In this document: positions 33,528 through 43,446 of the stretch, piece after piece
Numbering within the stretch: position 1 is the stretch's first letter
How the letters are laid out: each line of letters begins with the position of its first letter
Assembly: GCA_963816185.1 (NCBI GenBank)
Contig: CAWFJJ010000028.1
Location: forward strand, 160,001-224,000
Source of the DNA: Thermoanaerobaculia bacterium
Lineage (GTDB): Bacteria; Acidobacteriota; Thermoanaerobaculia; UBA5066
Length of the DNA stretch: 64,000 bases
Reading direction: 5' to 3'
The notes under the pieces: model-generated
The model's input: the letters and a program-made list of their open reading frames with translations, nothing else
Database searches by the model: none
Told to the model about the DNA's origin: nothing
Translations under genes and position numbers: made by a program

Positions 33528-35069
33528 ATGGCGGCGAAGAACATCGCGGCGATCGACGTGGGCTCGAACTCGATCAAGCTCCTCGTCGCGCGACACGATC
33601 CTTCGGACGGCGGCAGCTGGTCGGAAGTCCTGCGCGAGAAGGAGATGGTGCGGCTCGGGCAGGAGACGCTCGCGTCGGGATCGCTCTCGGAAGAGGCGAT
33701 GGCCGACGGGATCGACTGCCTCGTGCGCTACGCCGCTCTCGCGCGCGCCGCAGGGGCCGGCTCGATCACGGCGGTCGCGACGTGCGCGGTGCGTGAGGCC
33801 GCGAACGGGGACGAGTTCGTCAAGCGCGTGCGCAAGGAGACCGGACTCCGCCTCGCGGTGATCTCCGGCGAGGAGGAGGCGCGCCTCATCACGCGCGCCG
33901 TGCGCTCGGAGCTGCCGCCTTCGTGCGACCCGCTCCTGGTCCTCGACATCGGCGGCGGATCGACCGAGGTCGTCGTCGCGGAGGGCGACCGGATCCTCCT
34001 GGCCGAGAGCCTCGATCTCGGAGCCGTGCGCCTGACGGATCTCTTCGTCTCGTCCGACCCGCTCTCGGCGAAGGACGAGCGGCGCCTGCGCCGCGCGGTG
34101 AGGAGCCGCCTCGAGCGCCTCCGAAAGCCGGTCCGCCGGGCGAAGGTCGCAACGGCGGTCGGAACGTCGGGCACGATCCTCGCGGTCGCCGCGATCGCCG
34201 CGGAGCTCCAGGGGCGATCGCCGGCCGGCGCGGGCCACCGGGCGCTCGACCGAAAGGACGTGACGCGGATCGCGAGCCTCCTCGCGAAATCGACCGCGAG
34301 GCAGAAGCTCCGCGTCCCGGGGCTCGAGGCCGACCGGAGGGACATCGTGACCGCGGGAGCGATCCTCCTCGAGGAGCTCCTCGACGCGTTCGACGTGGAA
34401 GGCCTCCTCGTGTCGGACCGCTCGCTCCGCGACGCTCTCGTCCTCGAGGCGCCGGCCGCTGCGGGCCGCGGACGCAACGCGGAGCGGAACATTCGCCGCG
34501 AGTCCGTTTCGCGACTCGGAAAGCGCTCGGGCCTCTCGCGGGTCCACGCGGGCCGCGTACGTGACCTCGCCCTCGCGCTCTTCGACCAGACCCACAGCCT
34601 CCACCAGCTCACGGCGCTCGAGCGCGAGTGGCTCGAGCACGCCGCCGTGCTGCACGACATCGGCTTGTCGGTCGCTTATGCGCGCCACCACCACCACTCT
34701 TACTACCTGATCCTGCACGGCGACCTGAAGGGGTTCACGCAGGCCGAGGTGGAGCTGATGGCGCTCGTGGCCCGGTATCACCGCAAGGCGCCTCCTCTCG
34801 ATGCGCACGAGCCGTTCCGGGCGCTCGACCCGTGGAAAAAGCCCGTCGTCGAGAAGCTCGCCGCGCTCCTGAGGGTCGCCGACGCGCTCGACCGCACGCA
34901 TCGCGGTCTCGTCAAGCGCGTTCGCGTGACGTTCCGCGGCAAGCGGGTCCACATGGCCCTGTCCGCGCGCCATCCTTTGGATCTCGAGCTGTGGGCGCTC
35001 CGGAAGAAAGGCCGCCTTTTCGAGAGGACATTCGGCGTGGATCTCGTCGCGCGCACGGTTGTCGGATAA
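33528..35069 (+). CDS. ppx: Exopolyphosphatase Ppx/GppA
   Basis: AIDVGSNS, ATCAVREA.N, ISGEEEA, DIGGGSTE, GTSGT, HDIG HD domain. Confidence 0.93.
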   Translation: MAAKNIAAIDVGSNSIKLLVARHDPSDGGSWSEVLREKEMVRLGQETLASGSLSEEAMADGIDCLVRYAALARAAGAGSITAVATCAVREAANGDEFVKRVRKETGLRLAVISGEEEARLITRAVRSELPPSCDPLLVLDIGGGSTEVVVAEGDRILLAESLDLGAVRLTDLFVSSDPLSAKDERRLRRAVRSRLERLRKPVRRAKVATAVGTSGTILAVAAIAAELQGRSPAGAGHRALDRKDVTRIASLLAKSTARQKLRVPGLEADRRDIVTAGAILLEELLDAFDVEGLLVSDRSLRDALVLEAPAAAGRGRNAERNIRRESVSRLGKRSGLSRVHAGRVRDLALALFDQTHSLHQLTALEREWLEHAAVLHDIGLSVAYARHHHHSYYLILHGDLKGFTQAEVELMALVARYHRKAPPLDAHEPFRALDPWKKPVVEKLAALLRVADALDRTHRGLVKRVRVTFRGKRVHMALSARHPLDLELWALRKKGRLFERTFGVDLVARTVVG

Positions 35070-35700
35070 TCGACGTGTGATCGTCGCGCTGATCCTTTTT
35101 CTCGCCGCCCGGGCCGCGTCGACGGCGCCCACCGTCACGCCGACGGCCTCTGTGACTCCGACTCCCTCGACACCAACTCCCATCCCCTCTCCGACCCCCG
35201 TGACAGCCGCGGATCCGTACCGCCCGCGGGCGCTCTCGGAGATCGCGCGCGACCGCCGTCTCGGTCGCCTCTCAGGCGTCGCCGTCGTCACGACGCCCGA
35301 GCCCGAGCCGGCGCCGTCCGGAACAGCGCCGGCGCGCCGCTCGGGTCCGGTGCGGGTCGTGGACGTCCAGGAGAACGGGGCGGTCACGGACGGCTTCGTC
35401 TCGGTCTACGGCACGGTCCGCAATACCGGCCACCTTGCCGCATGCCGCGTGAGGATCTTCCTGAAGGTCTACGACGGTCACGGAGTCCTGCTCTCGACGG
35501 GAGAGACCACGACGGACCTCAAGATCGTGGGACCCGGTGAGGCGGTTCCGTTCGGAGGGTTCGTCCAGGTTCCTGCGGGTGTGCGCGGCTCGCGCGAGCG
35601 GAAACCGGACCCGCTCGACAACGGGACCACCCCGACGAACTGGAAGCGCGTGGGCCGCGTCGAGGCCGAGATTATGGAGTCGAGCGAGGAATGCTCGTGA
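35059..35700 (+). CDS. Exported Pro/Thr-rich protein with FxLYD-like Ig domain
   Basis: Signal-like N-terminus, PT repeats, VYGTVRNTG..FLKVYDGHG. Start could be GTG 35077. Confidence 0.6.
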   Translation: MSDNRRVIVALILFLAARAASTAPTVTPTASVTPTPSTPTPIPSPTPVTAADPYRPRALSEIARDRRLGRLSGVAVVTTPEPEPAPSGTAPARRSGPVRVVDVQENGAVTDGFVSVYGTVRNTGHLAACRVRIFLKVYDGHGVLLSTGETTTDLKIVGPGEAVPFGGFVQVPAGVRGSRERKPDPLDNGTTPTNWKRVGRVEAEIMESSEECS

Positions 35701-36344
35701 GCCCTGCCGCCCTCGCGCTTGCCCTTCTTCAGGTCGCGGCGGCCACGCCGGGTTCGACGCCCAAGCCCACGCCGACGCCGACGGTGAGCGGCCCCGCCCG
35801 GCCCCGCACGCTCCAGGACATCGCACGCGAGCGCCGCCTGAAGACGGGCCCGGACGCGAAAGGGAAGGGGACGACGATCACGCTCGGGCCCGCCCCCGGC
35901 GCAACGCCCGCCCCTACGGCTTCCGCCTCACCCGCCCCGACCGGGGACGCGCCGGCCGGCGACTCTCCGATCGCTTCGGACGTACGCGTCGTGGCCGTCT
36001 CGAACGACGGGGTCGTCGATCCAGCCGGCCTCGTCCGCGTCTCGGGCACGGTCCGAAACGCCGGAGACCAGACCGTGTGCGGCGTCGCGATCCTCGTGAG
36101 GATCCTCGACAGCAAGGGCGAGTACCTCGCGTCCGCCCAGATCGCGCCGGACGTGAACGTGCTGCCGGCGAAAGAGACGTCCAGCTTCCATGCGAGCGTT
36201 CAGGCTCCGCCGGGCGTGCGGGGCGCGCGTGTGAGCCCGGACCGCCGGGACGCCTCGGATGGAAGCACGACGATGGCGGGCGACTGGAAGCTCCTCGGGG
36301 GCGCCGAGGCGAAGGTCGTCGACGTGACCGCGTGCCCGAAGTGA
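35691..36344 (+). CDS. Exported FxLYD-like protein, paralog of the upstream gene
   Basis: VSGTVRNAG..VRILDSKGE; shares RPR.L..IAR.RRL with its neighbour. Confidence 0.6.
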   Translation: MLVSPAALALALLQVAAATPGSTPKPTPTPTVSGPARPRTLQDIARERRLKTGPDAKGKGTTITLGPAPGATPAPTASASPAPTGDAPAGDSPIASDVRVVAVSNDGVVDPAGLVRVSGTVRNAGDQTVCGVAILVRILDSKGEYLASAQIAPDVNVLPAKETSSFHASVQAPPGVRGARVSPDRRDASDGSTTMAGDWKLLGGAEAKVVDVTACPK

Positions 36345-36348
36345 CGGC

Positions 36349-36810
36349 TCAGCGCGCGGGCGGACGGCCTTTGACGAGCAGCTTCTTCGTCTGGATGTAG
36401 CCGCTGAGGATCCGCAGGGTCGCAGCCCGCGTGTTCGGGTTGCGGCTGAAGATGGCGGTCGTGGCCTCCGGGCCGACGGCTTTGTTCTGCCAGACGAAAT
36501 CCTCGATGAACTTGTTTGGTTGCTCGGGTTTGCCCCACCCGGCGTGAAGATCCTTCAGGACCCGGTCGGCCGACGAGGAGGGCATCTCGATGAAGACCTC
36601 CGCGAAGCGGTTCTCCCAGAACTCGTAGACGATCTTGTCGACGGGCGCGCCGCCCCACGTGAGATCGTCTTTGGCGATCCAGCAGAACTTCGCCTCATTG
36701 TGCTCGTCGAGGACTTCCATGCGCGGCCCCGGTCCGTCACCCCACTTCAGGTCCCGGAAGCCGGGTTTCATCCCTCCACTCGCACCGCTCTTCCCGCCGA
36801 AAAGGGCCAT
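36349..36810 (-). CDS. Hypothetical protein
   Basis: RBS gaggag; protein-like composition (GFRDLKWG, IVYEFWENRF). Confidence 0.65.
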   Translation of the reverse strand: MALFGGKSGASGGMKPGFRDLKWGDGPGPRMEVLDEHNEAKFCWIAKDDLTWGGAPVDKIVYEFWENRFAEVFIEMPSSSADRVLKDLHAGWGKPEQPNKFIEDFVWQNKAVGPEATTAIFSRNPNTRAATLRILSGYIQTKKLLVKGRPPAR

Positions 36811-36910
36811 CGCTCCTCCCCCGAAAGGATCTCCCCCGAAAGGAAAAGGATAGCGCGTCCGGGCCGGAGCGGTCCCGCTCCTCGCCGCAGGTCCTCCTGT
36901 CCGTTGCGGG

Positions 36911-37168
36911 CTACGTTCCCGTCTTCAGGGCCACGTCGAGGAGATCCATGTCGACGCGCGGCATCGCGTCGCCTTCCGCGCGCCGGCGCTCGACCTCCGC
37001 GCGGACGAGAGTCGCTTTCGCCGGGCTCTGGCGAAGGGCGTTCACCGCGCCGACCGTGATCGTATAGACGCCGCACACGTTGCATCGCAGCTCGATCTCT
37101 GCGGTCGCGCTGCGGGCTCCGAGGGCCGTTCCGCCGCAGAGGAGACAGGCCATGTCCACGATCGACAT
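36911..37168 (-). CDS. Small zinc-ribbon hypothetical protein
   Basis: RBS ggagg; CLLC and CNVCGVYTIT. Confidence 0.6.
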   Translation of the reverse strand: MSIVDMACLLCGGTALGARSATAEIELRCNVCGVYTITVGAVNALRQSPAKATLVRAEVERRRAEGDAMPRVDMDLLDVALKTGT

Positions 37169-37238
37169 GGGGCACCTCCCGTTGGAGACGATTCTCCCTC
37201 TTTTTGAAGGTCGAGGGAGGCTGAACCTGCAAGCTGAG

Positions 37239-37315
37239 TGGTACCCCCAGAGGGATTCGAACCCTCGATCTCCACCTTGAAAGGGTGGCGTCCTGGGCCA
37301 CTAGACGATGGGGGC
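37239..37315 (-). tRNA. tRNA-Glu (TTC)
   Basis: gcccccatcgtctagtggcccaggac-gccacc-ctTTCaa-ggtgg...ggttcgaatcc...tgggggtacca; CCA encoded. Confidence 0.97.
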
Positions 37316-37373
37316 ACCCGGCCGCAAAGCGGGGATTCTAACCGGCCTGGCGCCGGTCGGTCGCAAGACGCCC

Positions 37374-37733
37374 TCAGCGGAGGAACGCCGCCTCGAAGAG
37401 GCGGATCACCTTGGCGATGTCGTCGGCTGCAAAGTAGCTGGGCCGGGCGTCGACGGTCGGGGTCTTCTTCGACGGCACGCCGGGTTCTTCGTGCTCGAGG
37501 CAGAGCGTGTAGGCGCCCCGGAGCGCCTGGAGCACGTCGGCGGCGACAAACGGATGGGGTTCGAGGCCCTCCTTCGTCGCGTGGAGGAGCAGCTGCGCGT
37601 CGCCGACTCGCTCGCTTCCGAAGTCGCACAGGATTTCGAAGGCCTTCCACGACGCGCGGAGACGCTGGGGCTGGGGAGCGGGGAACGAGTGCAGCGGGTG
37701 CGCGGCGGACGAGCGGGCGAAGTTCATGCTCAT
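37374..37733 (-). CDS. Hypothetical protein, paralog of 37868-38188
   Basis: RBS aggag; RLRASWKAFEIL, LLLHA, EPHP, DDI...FEAAF. Confidence 0.7.
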   Translation of the reverse strand: MSMNFARSSAAHPLHSFPAPQPQRLRASWKAFEILCDFGSERVGDAQLLLHATKEGLEPHPFVAADVLQALRGAYTLCLEHEEPGVPSKKTPTVDARPSYFAADDIAKVIRLFEAAFLR

Positions 37734-37867
37734 GACGGCGGCTCCTAATTCCGCGGTGGATGAAAAAACTTCCAACCGAGCAGGAAACCCCGGCGTGGCA
37801 CTCAAGAGTGATGCCAAGGTGGCTCCGGATCTCTTGTTGTTGCGGGTCGATCCCGCGAGTCCCGGCT

Positions 37868-38188
37868 TCAGCCCGGCTGGACGAACGCCTGCTCGAATCG
37901 CTGGACGATGTCGTCCAGTCCCGATGGCTCGGACGCCGCCTTCCGCGAGAAGATCCCCGAGATCTTCTTGAGGGGCGACGCCTGTACTTTGGGCTGCGCC
38001 GCGCGCGCCTCGAGAAGAGCCTGGTGCACCTCGCGCACGACCCGCGGGTGAGGCTCGTGATCACTCCGGACCGCGTGCTTCAGGAGTTCCGCGTTCTTGA
38101 TTCTCGGGCTGCCGTTCGTTCGAAGGACGTCGAAGGCTTCGGCCGAGGCGCGAAGCCTCAGGCTCCGTAGAGCCGCTGAACTGCTCAT
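37868..38188 (-). CDS. Hypothetical protein, paralog of 37374-37733
   Basis: RBS gaggag; RLRASAEAFDVL, LLKHA, EPHP, DDI...FEQAF. Confidence 0.7.
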   Translation of the reverse strand: MSSSAALRSLRLRASAEAFDVLRTNGSPRIKNAELLKHAVRSDHEPHPRVVREVHQALLEARAAQPKVQASPLKKISGIFSRKAASEPSGLDDIVQRFEQAFVQPG

Positions 38189-38303
38189 GTCTCCTCTTCG
38201 CACGAGACCGGCGAAACGATGGATCACGTCCACCGGCCGCCGGTATCGGCTCCGGTCATCTTACATCGCTGGACCCGGACGAGAAGCAGCCAGGCGGGAA
38301 GGT

Positions 38304-38380
38304 TGGTGAGCCGTGCTGGACTCGAACCAGCGACCCCCTGCTTAAAAGGCAGGTGCTCTAACCGACTGAGCTAACGGCCC
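38304..38380 (-). tRNA. tRNA-Lys (TTT)
   Basis: gggccgttagctcagtcggttagagca-cctgc-ctTTTaa-gcagg...ggttcgagtcc...cggctcacca. Confidence 0.97.
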
Positions 38381-38418
38381 GCCGGCGGCGGAGTGTAACA
38401 GGGCGGATTCGGGGATCG

Positions 38419-39759
38419 TCAGACCGGCGCGCCGACGTTCGCTTTCAGCCAGCCGTCCAGAGCGGTGCCCGGGCGGACGATCGTCTCCTCGCGCCGCGGG
38501 CCGGTCGAGAGCAGGCCGACTTTTGCGCCGACGATCTCCTCGAGCGCCGAGACGTACTCGCGGGCGCGTGCGGGCAGAGCGTCCCAGCTCTCGATGCCCG
38601 CGATGGAGGTCTTCCATCCCGGGAACGAGCGGTAGACCGGTTTGGCGCGCTCGTAGAGGTCCGCGCGCGCGGGGACGGCGGACGCGGGCTTCCCGTCGAT
38701 CGTGTAGCCGGTGGCGATCCGAACCTCGTCGTGATCGTCGAGAACGTCGAGCTTCGTGAGGGCGATGGCGTCCAGGCCCGTCACGCGCACCGCCGTCCGC
38801 GCGACGACGGCGTCGAACCAGCCCACGCGCCGCGGCCGGCCCGTGACGGTGCCGAACTCGTTTCCTCGAGCCCGAATCCGCTCTCCGACCTCGTCGGTGA
38901 GCTCGGTCGGGAACGGGCCCGACCCGACGCGCGTCGTGTAGGCCTTCATGACCGCCACGACTGCCCCGAGCGCCGACGGCGGGAGCCCGAGACCCGTGCA
39001 CGCGCCCCCCGGCGCACAGGACGAGGACGTGACGAACGGATAAGTCCCGTGGTCCACGTCGAGCATGATTCCCTGCGCACCTTCGCAGAGGAGCTTCCTG
39101 CCCTTCGCGAGCTCGCCGTGGAGGAAGAGCGACGTGTCGGTGACGAAGCGGGCGAGCTTCCGGCCGCACTCGATGTACGTCTCGAGCGTCTCCTCGATGG
39201 GGGCGCCCTCGACGCCGTAGAAGTGCTTGAGCACCGCGTCGTGATGGGCGACGACGGGCCGCGCGACCGCGCAGAACCGATCGGGGTCCACGAGGTCCGC
39301 GATGCGAAGTCCGGTCCGATTCGCCTTCGACTCGTAGGCCGGGCCGATGCCGCGCGAGGTCGTGCCGATACTCGCGCCGCCGAGCGCCTTCTCGCGCGCT
39401 CCGTCGAGGAGCGCGTGCGTGGGCAGGATGACGTGGGCGCGGTCGGAAAGGCGGAGGTTGTCGCCGACCGTTACGCCGGCCGCGCGCAGAGAGTCCATCT
39501 CGTCGAGCAGCGCACGCGGGTCGATGACGAGCCCGTTGCCGATCACGTTCATGACACCCGGACGGCAGATGCCCGACGGGACGAGCCGTAGCGCGAAGTG
39601 CTTGTCACCGAACCTGACGGTGTGGCCGGCGTTGTGGCCGCCCTGGTAGCGCGCCACGAGATCGAAGGAGGGGGAGATGAGATCGACGACCTTGCCTTTG
39701 CCTTCGTCGCCCCACTGGCCTCCGACGACGGCGAGAGTCGAGTCTTTGATGTGTATCAC
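38419..39759 (-). CDS. purA: Adenylosuccinate synthetase
   Basis: QWGDEGKGK, GGHNAGHT, GIGPAY, EGAQG, GTYPFVTSS, GTVTGRPRR. Confidence 0.97.
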   Translation of the reverse strand: MIHIKDSTLAVVGGQWGDEGKGKVVDLISPSFDLVARYQGGHNAGHTVRFGDKHFALRLVPSGICRPGVMNVIGNGLVIDPRALLDEMDSLRAAGVTVGDNLRLSDRAHVILPTHALLDGAREKALGGASIGTTSRGIGPAYESKANRTGLRIADLVDPDRFCAVARPVVAHHDAVLKHFYGVEGAPIEETLETYIECGRKLARFVTDTSLFLHGELAKGRKLLCEGAQGIMLDVDHGTYPFVTSSSCAPGGACTGLGLPPSALGAVVAVMKAYTTRVGSGPFPTELTDEVGERIRARGNEFGTVTGRPRRVGWFDAVVARTAVRVTGLDAIALTKLDVLDDHDEVRIATGYTIDGKPASAVPARADLYERAKPVYRSFPGWKTSIAGIESWDALPARAREYVSALEEIVGAKVGLLSTGPRREETIVRPGTALDGWLKANVGAPV

Positions 39760-39834
39760 TTTTGAATTGTACCGGAGAAGAGAAGGGGATTCGGGAGAAG
39801 ATTTCTTAGCCTTCTCCCGATGCGAGAATGCCGC

Positions 39835-41358
39835 ATGGTGAATCGCGTTCTCGAGCTCGACGGGGACTCTCTTTCACTCGAAGATCTCTACGCCGTGTCC
39901 CGCGGCGAGGCGTCCGCGGGGCTTGCGCCCCGCGCGGTGGAGCGCGTCGATGCGGCACGGGCCGTCATCGACCGCGCGGTCGCCGAGAACCGGGTCGTCT
40001 ACGGCGTGACGACGGGCTTCGGAAACTTCGCCGACGTCGTCATTCCGAGGGAGAAGCTCGGAGCGCTCCAGCTCAACCTCGTGCGGAGCCACGCGGCCGG
40101 TACCGGCGCGCCGCTCTCCGCGCCCGCCGTTCGGGCGGTCATGCTGCTGCGCGCGAACTGCCTCGCGAAAGGGTTCTCCGGCGTCCGCAGGCAGACTCTC
40201 GACCTCCTCCTCGCGTGCCTCGCGAAGGGGATTCACCCCGTCATTCCCGAGCAGGGCTCGGTCGGCGCCTCGGGAGACCTCGCCCCCCTCGCGCACCTCG
40301 CGCTCGCTCTCGTGGGGGAAGGGGAGGTGGACTGGGACGGAAGGCGACGCCCGGCCTCGGAGGCGCTGCGGGCGGCGGGCCTCGTACCCGCGGTGCTCGA
40401 GGCGAAGGAGGGGCTCGCCCTCATCAACGGGACGCAGCTGACGACGGCGTTGGGGGCGCTCGCTCTCCACCGTACCTTGCGCCTCCTCAAGGCGGCGGAC
40501 CTCGTCGCGGCCCTCACGCTGGACTGTCTGAAGGGCACGGACGCCGCATTCGACGCGCGCATTCACGCGGCGCGCCCGCATCCCGGCCAGGTCGCGTCGG
40601 CGCAAAACCTCCGGAGGCTCCTTGCGGGCTCGCCCCTGCGCGAGAGCCACCGGGATTGCGGCATCGTGCAGGACGCTTACGCGCTCCGCTGCATCCCGCA
40701 GGTGCACGGCGCGGCCCGCGACGCGGCCGCGCACGCACGGCGCGTGATCGAGATCGAAATGAACGCCGCGACCGACAACCCGATGGTCTTCACGGAGACC
40801 GGCACGCTCGTGTCGGGCGGGAACTTCCACGCGGCGCCGGTGGCGCTGGTGTGCGACCTCCTCACCGCTTCGGCGGCGGACATGGCGTCGCTCTCGGAGA
40901 GGCGGACGGAGCGGCTCGTGAACCCGGCTCTTTCCGGGGACCTGCCGGCGTTCCTCACGCGGGACGGCGGCCTGAACTCGGGCCTCATGATGATTCACGT
41001 CACCGCCGCGTCGCTCGTCTCCGAGGCGAAATCGAACTCCTTCCCGGCGTCCGTGGACTCGATCCCGACCTCGGCCGGAAAGGAGGACCACGTCTCGATG
41101 GGTCCGATCGCGGCTCGGAAGCTCGTGAAGAACGTCGACCTCTTCGAGACCGTTCTCGCGATCGAGCTGCTTGCGGCGGCGCAGGCCCTGGACCTCAGGC
41201 GCCCGCTCAAGACCTCGCCGCCCCTCGAGGAGCTGCACCGCCTCGTCCGCTCGCGCGTTGCCACCTGGGACGCGGACCGCCAGGCCGCGCCCGCGATCGA
41301 AGGCGCCCGGGCCGTGCTGACCGGGGATCTCGACGATCTGCTTGCGCCGCTCGTCTGA
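39835..41358 (+). CDS. hutH: Histidine ammonia-lyase
   Basis: YGVTTGFG, MIO motif GSVGASGDLAPL, KEGLALING, QDAYALRC, GGNFH, EDHVSM. Confidence 0.93.
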   Translation: MVNRVLELDGDSLSLEDLYAVSRGEASAGLAPRAVERVDAARAVIDRAVAENRVVYGVTTGFGNFADVVIPREKLGALQLNLVRSHAAGTGAPLSAPAVRAVMLLRANCLAKGFSGVRRQTLDLLLACLAKGIHPVIPEQGSVGASGDLAPLAHLALALVGEGEVDWDGRRRPASEALRAAGLVPAVLEAKEGLALINGTQLTTALGALALHRTLRLLKAADLVAALTLDCLKGTDAAFDARIHAARPHPGQVASAQNLRRLLAGSPLRESHRDCGIVQDAYALRCIPQVHGAARDAAAHARRVIEIEMNAATDNPMVFTETGTLVSGGNFHAAPVALVCDLLTASAADMASLSERRTERLVNPALSGDLPAFLTRDGGLNSGLMMIHVTAASLVSEAKSNSFPASVDSIPTSAGKEDHVSMGPIAARKLVKNVDLFETVLAIELLAAAQALDLRRPLKTSPPLEELHRLVRSRVATWDADRQAAPAIEGARAVLTGDLDDLLAPLV

Positions 41359-41364
41359 GCGGGC

Positions 41365-43353
41365 CTACCTCACGAGCGCCGACGCGAGCGCGCCCGGCAG
41401 GTCGTCCGTGGGCACGTCCATCTCCGCGAGGGCCAGCGCAGGAAGAGGCGCGAGCCCCTTTGAAAGCTTCGGCGCACTCGTCAGCCGGGGACTCACGCGG
41501 TTCAGGATGAGGCCGGGCGCGGCGCCGCGACGTGCGAGGCCGTCGGCGAGATCCGCCGACGTCGCGAGAGCCGAGAAATCCGTGGTCGTCGCGATGAGGA
41601 AGCGGCCTGCGGTCAGGAGCCTCGCCGCCTCCCGGCTCCTTTCCTTGAAACCGTCGTAGAGGCCGTCGAAGGCGCGGAAGAAGTCCGCGAGGTCCGCGAG
41701 AAAGCCAAGCCCGAGAACGCGGTCCGCGGCGCGGAGCAGGGCCGCGCCGCCGCGGGACGCTTCGGAGAGGGCGCGCCCGAAGAAGCCGTCGCGCCGCAGG
41801 AAGAACCGCAGGGCGTCATTCTCGAGGAGAGTGACCATGCGCTCCGGCGCCGAGAGAAAATCGAGGCCTCGCGCGGCGGGAGGCGTGTCCAGGACGAGAA
41901 GATCGACGTCGGGATCCGCCGCGTGCTCGTGCAGGGCCTCGACGCCCATGTACTCGAGGACGCCGGGCAGCGAATCGACCAGGCCCGAGTAGAGACGGTT
42001 CTGGTGGATTCGCTCGAACGTCTCGCGGTTCGCCGTGCGCTGGAGCAGACGCTCGAACGTGGCTTTCGGATCGATCTGAAGCGCGAGGAGGCGGCCGCCC
42101 TTCGGGATGCCGGGCGCGCTCACTTCGGACGGGCGACTGGAGCGCGCGTCCTGCGCGGAAATGCCGAGGGCCTGGGCGAGGCGCCGTGCGGGATCGACGG
42201 TGAGGACGAGGGCGCGCCGCCCCCGGCGCGCGGCCGCCAGGCCGAGCGCGGCCGCGAGCGTCGTCTTCCCGACGCCCCCCGGACCGGTCAGAACGATCAG
42301 CTTCTCGCCGTCGAGCGCGGGGCGGAGATCGAGGGGAGGGGAACCCCGGAGAACGAAGGACGAAGAAGGGTTTCTTTTGCTTTCCCGAGCGGGTCGGCGG
42401 GCAGAAGTCGTACGGTTGCCTTCCCGCGTCGGCGACGCCGCATTTTCTTCGAAGGTGGTTAGAAAAGCAGAAAAGAACTGCGCGGCCTCCGCGGTGGCCT
42501 GGCCGCTACGCTCGCCGGAAAGGCGCCGCACGGGAGCATTCGAAGAAACGCTTTCGGTCTCCTCGTCCTCTTCGAACGGTTCGCCTTCGATCTCCGGAAT
42601 CTCGATCAGCGGAATGGCTGTGTCCCTCTTCGGCAGCGTTTCTTCTCTTCTTCCTCGTCCGACCCGATTCAGGACCACGAGAGCGGTCGTGAGGCCCGCC
42701 TTATCGGCGGCGCCGGCGATCAGCTCCTCGGTTTCTTTCGCCGCGAAATCCTCGGGCTCGGACACGACGATGAGCGCGGTGTCCTTCGACTGAGAAAGAA
42801 GCGCGTCGAGCCACTCCGCGAGCTTCCGGACCGGCCCCGCAGGGACCGTGGCGAGAAGAGTGCGGGGGAGGGCGACGAGCGAGAGCGCGTGGCCCGTCGC
42901 CGGAGCGTCCAGGACGATGACGTCGACCTTCGGCTCGCGCGCGGTCGACTTCTTGCGCTTGAAGATCTCGCGGATCTTCCCGAGGAGGAGGAGGTCGGGA
43001 AGTCCCGGCGTCGCCCGCGTGAAGAACCGGAAGGCCGGGAGCGCGAGGAGCCGGTCGCCGAGGAACTTGACCGGCGCGACCGAGGCCACGAAGTCTGCGA
43101 GGAGAGCGTCGAAGTCCGCGGTGAGCCCGTGGAGGCGCGGGGCCAGATCCACCTCGTGGTAACCGGAATCTCGTTTCTTGAAGAGTTTCGCGGCGTCCCC
43201 CCGGCCGTCCGTCGAGACGAGGAGCACGGTCTTTCCGGCGTCCGACGCGAGCTTCGCGAGCGCGGCCGCAACGGTCGTCTTCCCGACGCCGCCCTTGCCC
43301 GAGACCACGAGGAGGCGGCGGGAGAAGAGGCTTTCGAGAAGAGGCGATCGCAC
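41365..43353 (-). CDS. Two-domain ArsA/Get3-like ATPase
   Basis: Two P-loops (SGKGGVGKTT, TGPGGVGKTT), DAPATGH and DTPP, TVDPARRLA; lower-complexity linker. Confidence 0.85.
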   Translation of the reverse strand: MRSPLLESLFSRRLLVVSGKGGVGKTTVAAALAKLASDAGKTVLLVSTDGRGDAAKLFKKRDSGYHEVDLAPRLHGLTADFDALLADFVASVAPVKFLGDRLLALPAFRFFTRATPGLPDLLLLGKIREIFKRKKSTAREPKVDVIVLDAPATGHALSLVALPRTLLATVPAGPVRKLAEWLDALLSQSKDTALIVVSEPEDFAAKETEELIAGAADKAGLTTALVVLNRVGRGRREETLPKRDTAIPLIEIPEIEGEPFEEDEETESVSSNAPVRRLSGERSGQATAEAAQFFSAFLTTFEENAASPTREGNRTTSARRPARESKRNPSSSFVLRGSPPLDLRPALDGEKLIVLTGPGGVGKTTLAAALGLAAARRGRRALVLTVDPARRLAQALGISAQDARSSRPSEVSAPGIPKGGRLLALQIDPKATFERLLQRTANRETFERIHQNRLYSGLVDSLPGVLEYMGVEALHEHAADPDVDLLVLDTPPAARGLDFLSAPERMVTLLENDALRFFLRRDGFFGRALSEASRGGAALLRAADRVLGLGFLADLADFFRAFDGLYDGFKERSREAARLLTAGRFLIATTTDFSALATSADLADGLARRGAAPGLILNRVSPRLTSAPKLSKGLAPLPALALAEMDVPTDDLPGALASALVR

Positions 43354-43446
43354 GCGGGCGAAGCCTACGCGAGAGAGGGCGATGGCCTCATAATCCGGAA
43401 CTCTAGCAGGAGGCGCCGGCTCATCGGGCCTCGCGAAAGGGATCGC

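Noticed and set aside
37239-38380. tRNA-anchored prophage or integrative element
   Set aside because: No integrase, no duplicated tRNA 3' end noticed and no phage genes.
41365-43353. Arsenic-resistance ATPase
   Set aside because: No arsB/acr3/arsC/arsR/arsD nearby, no Cys residues noticed in the translation, and the context is lipid/granule genes.
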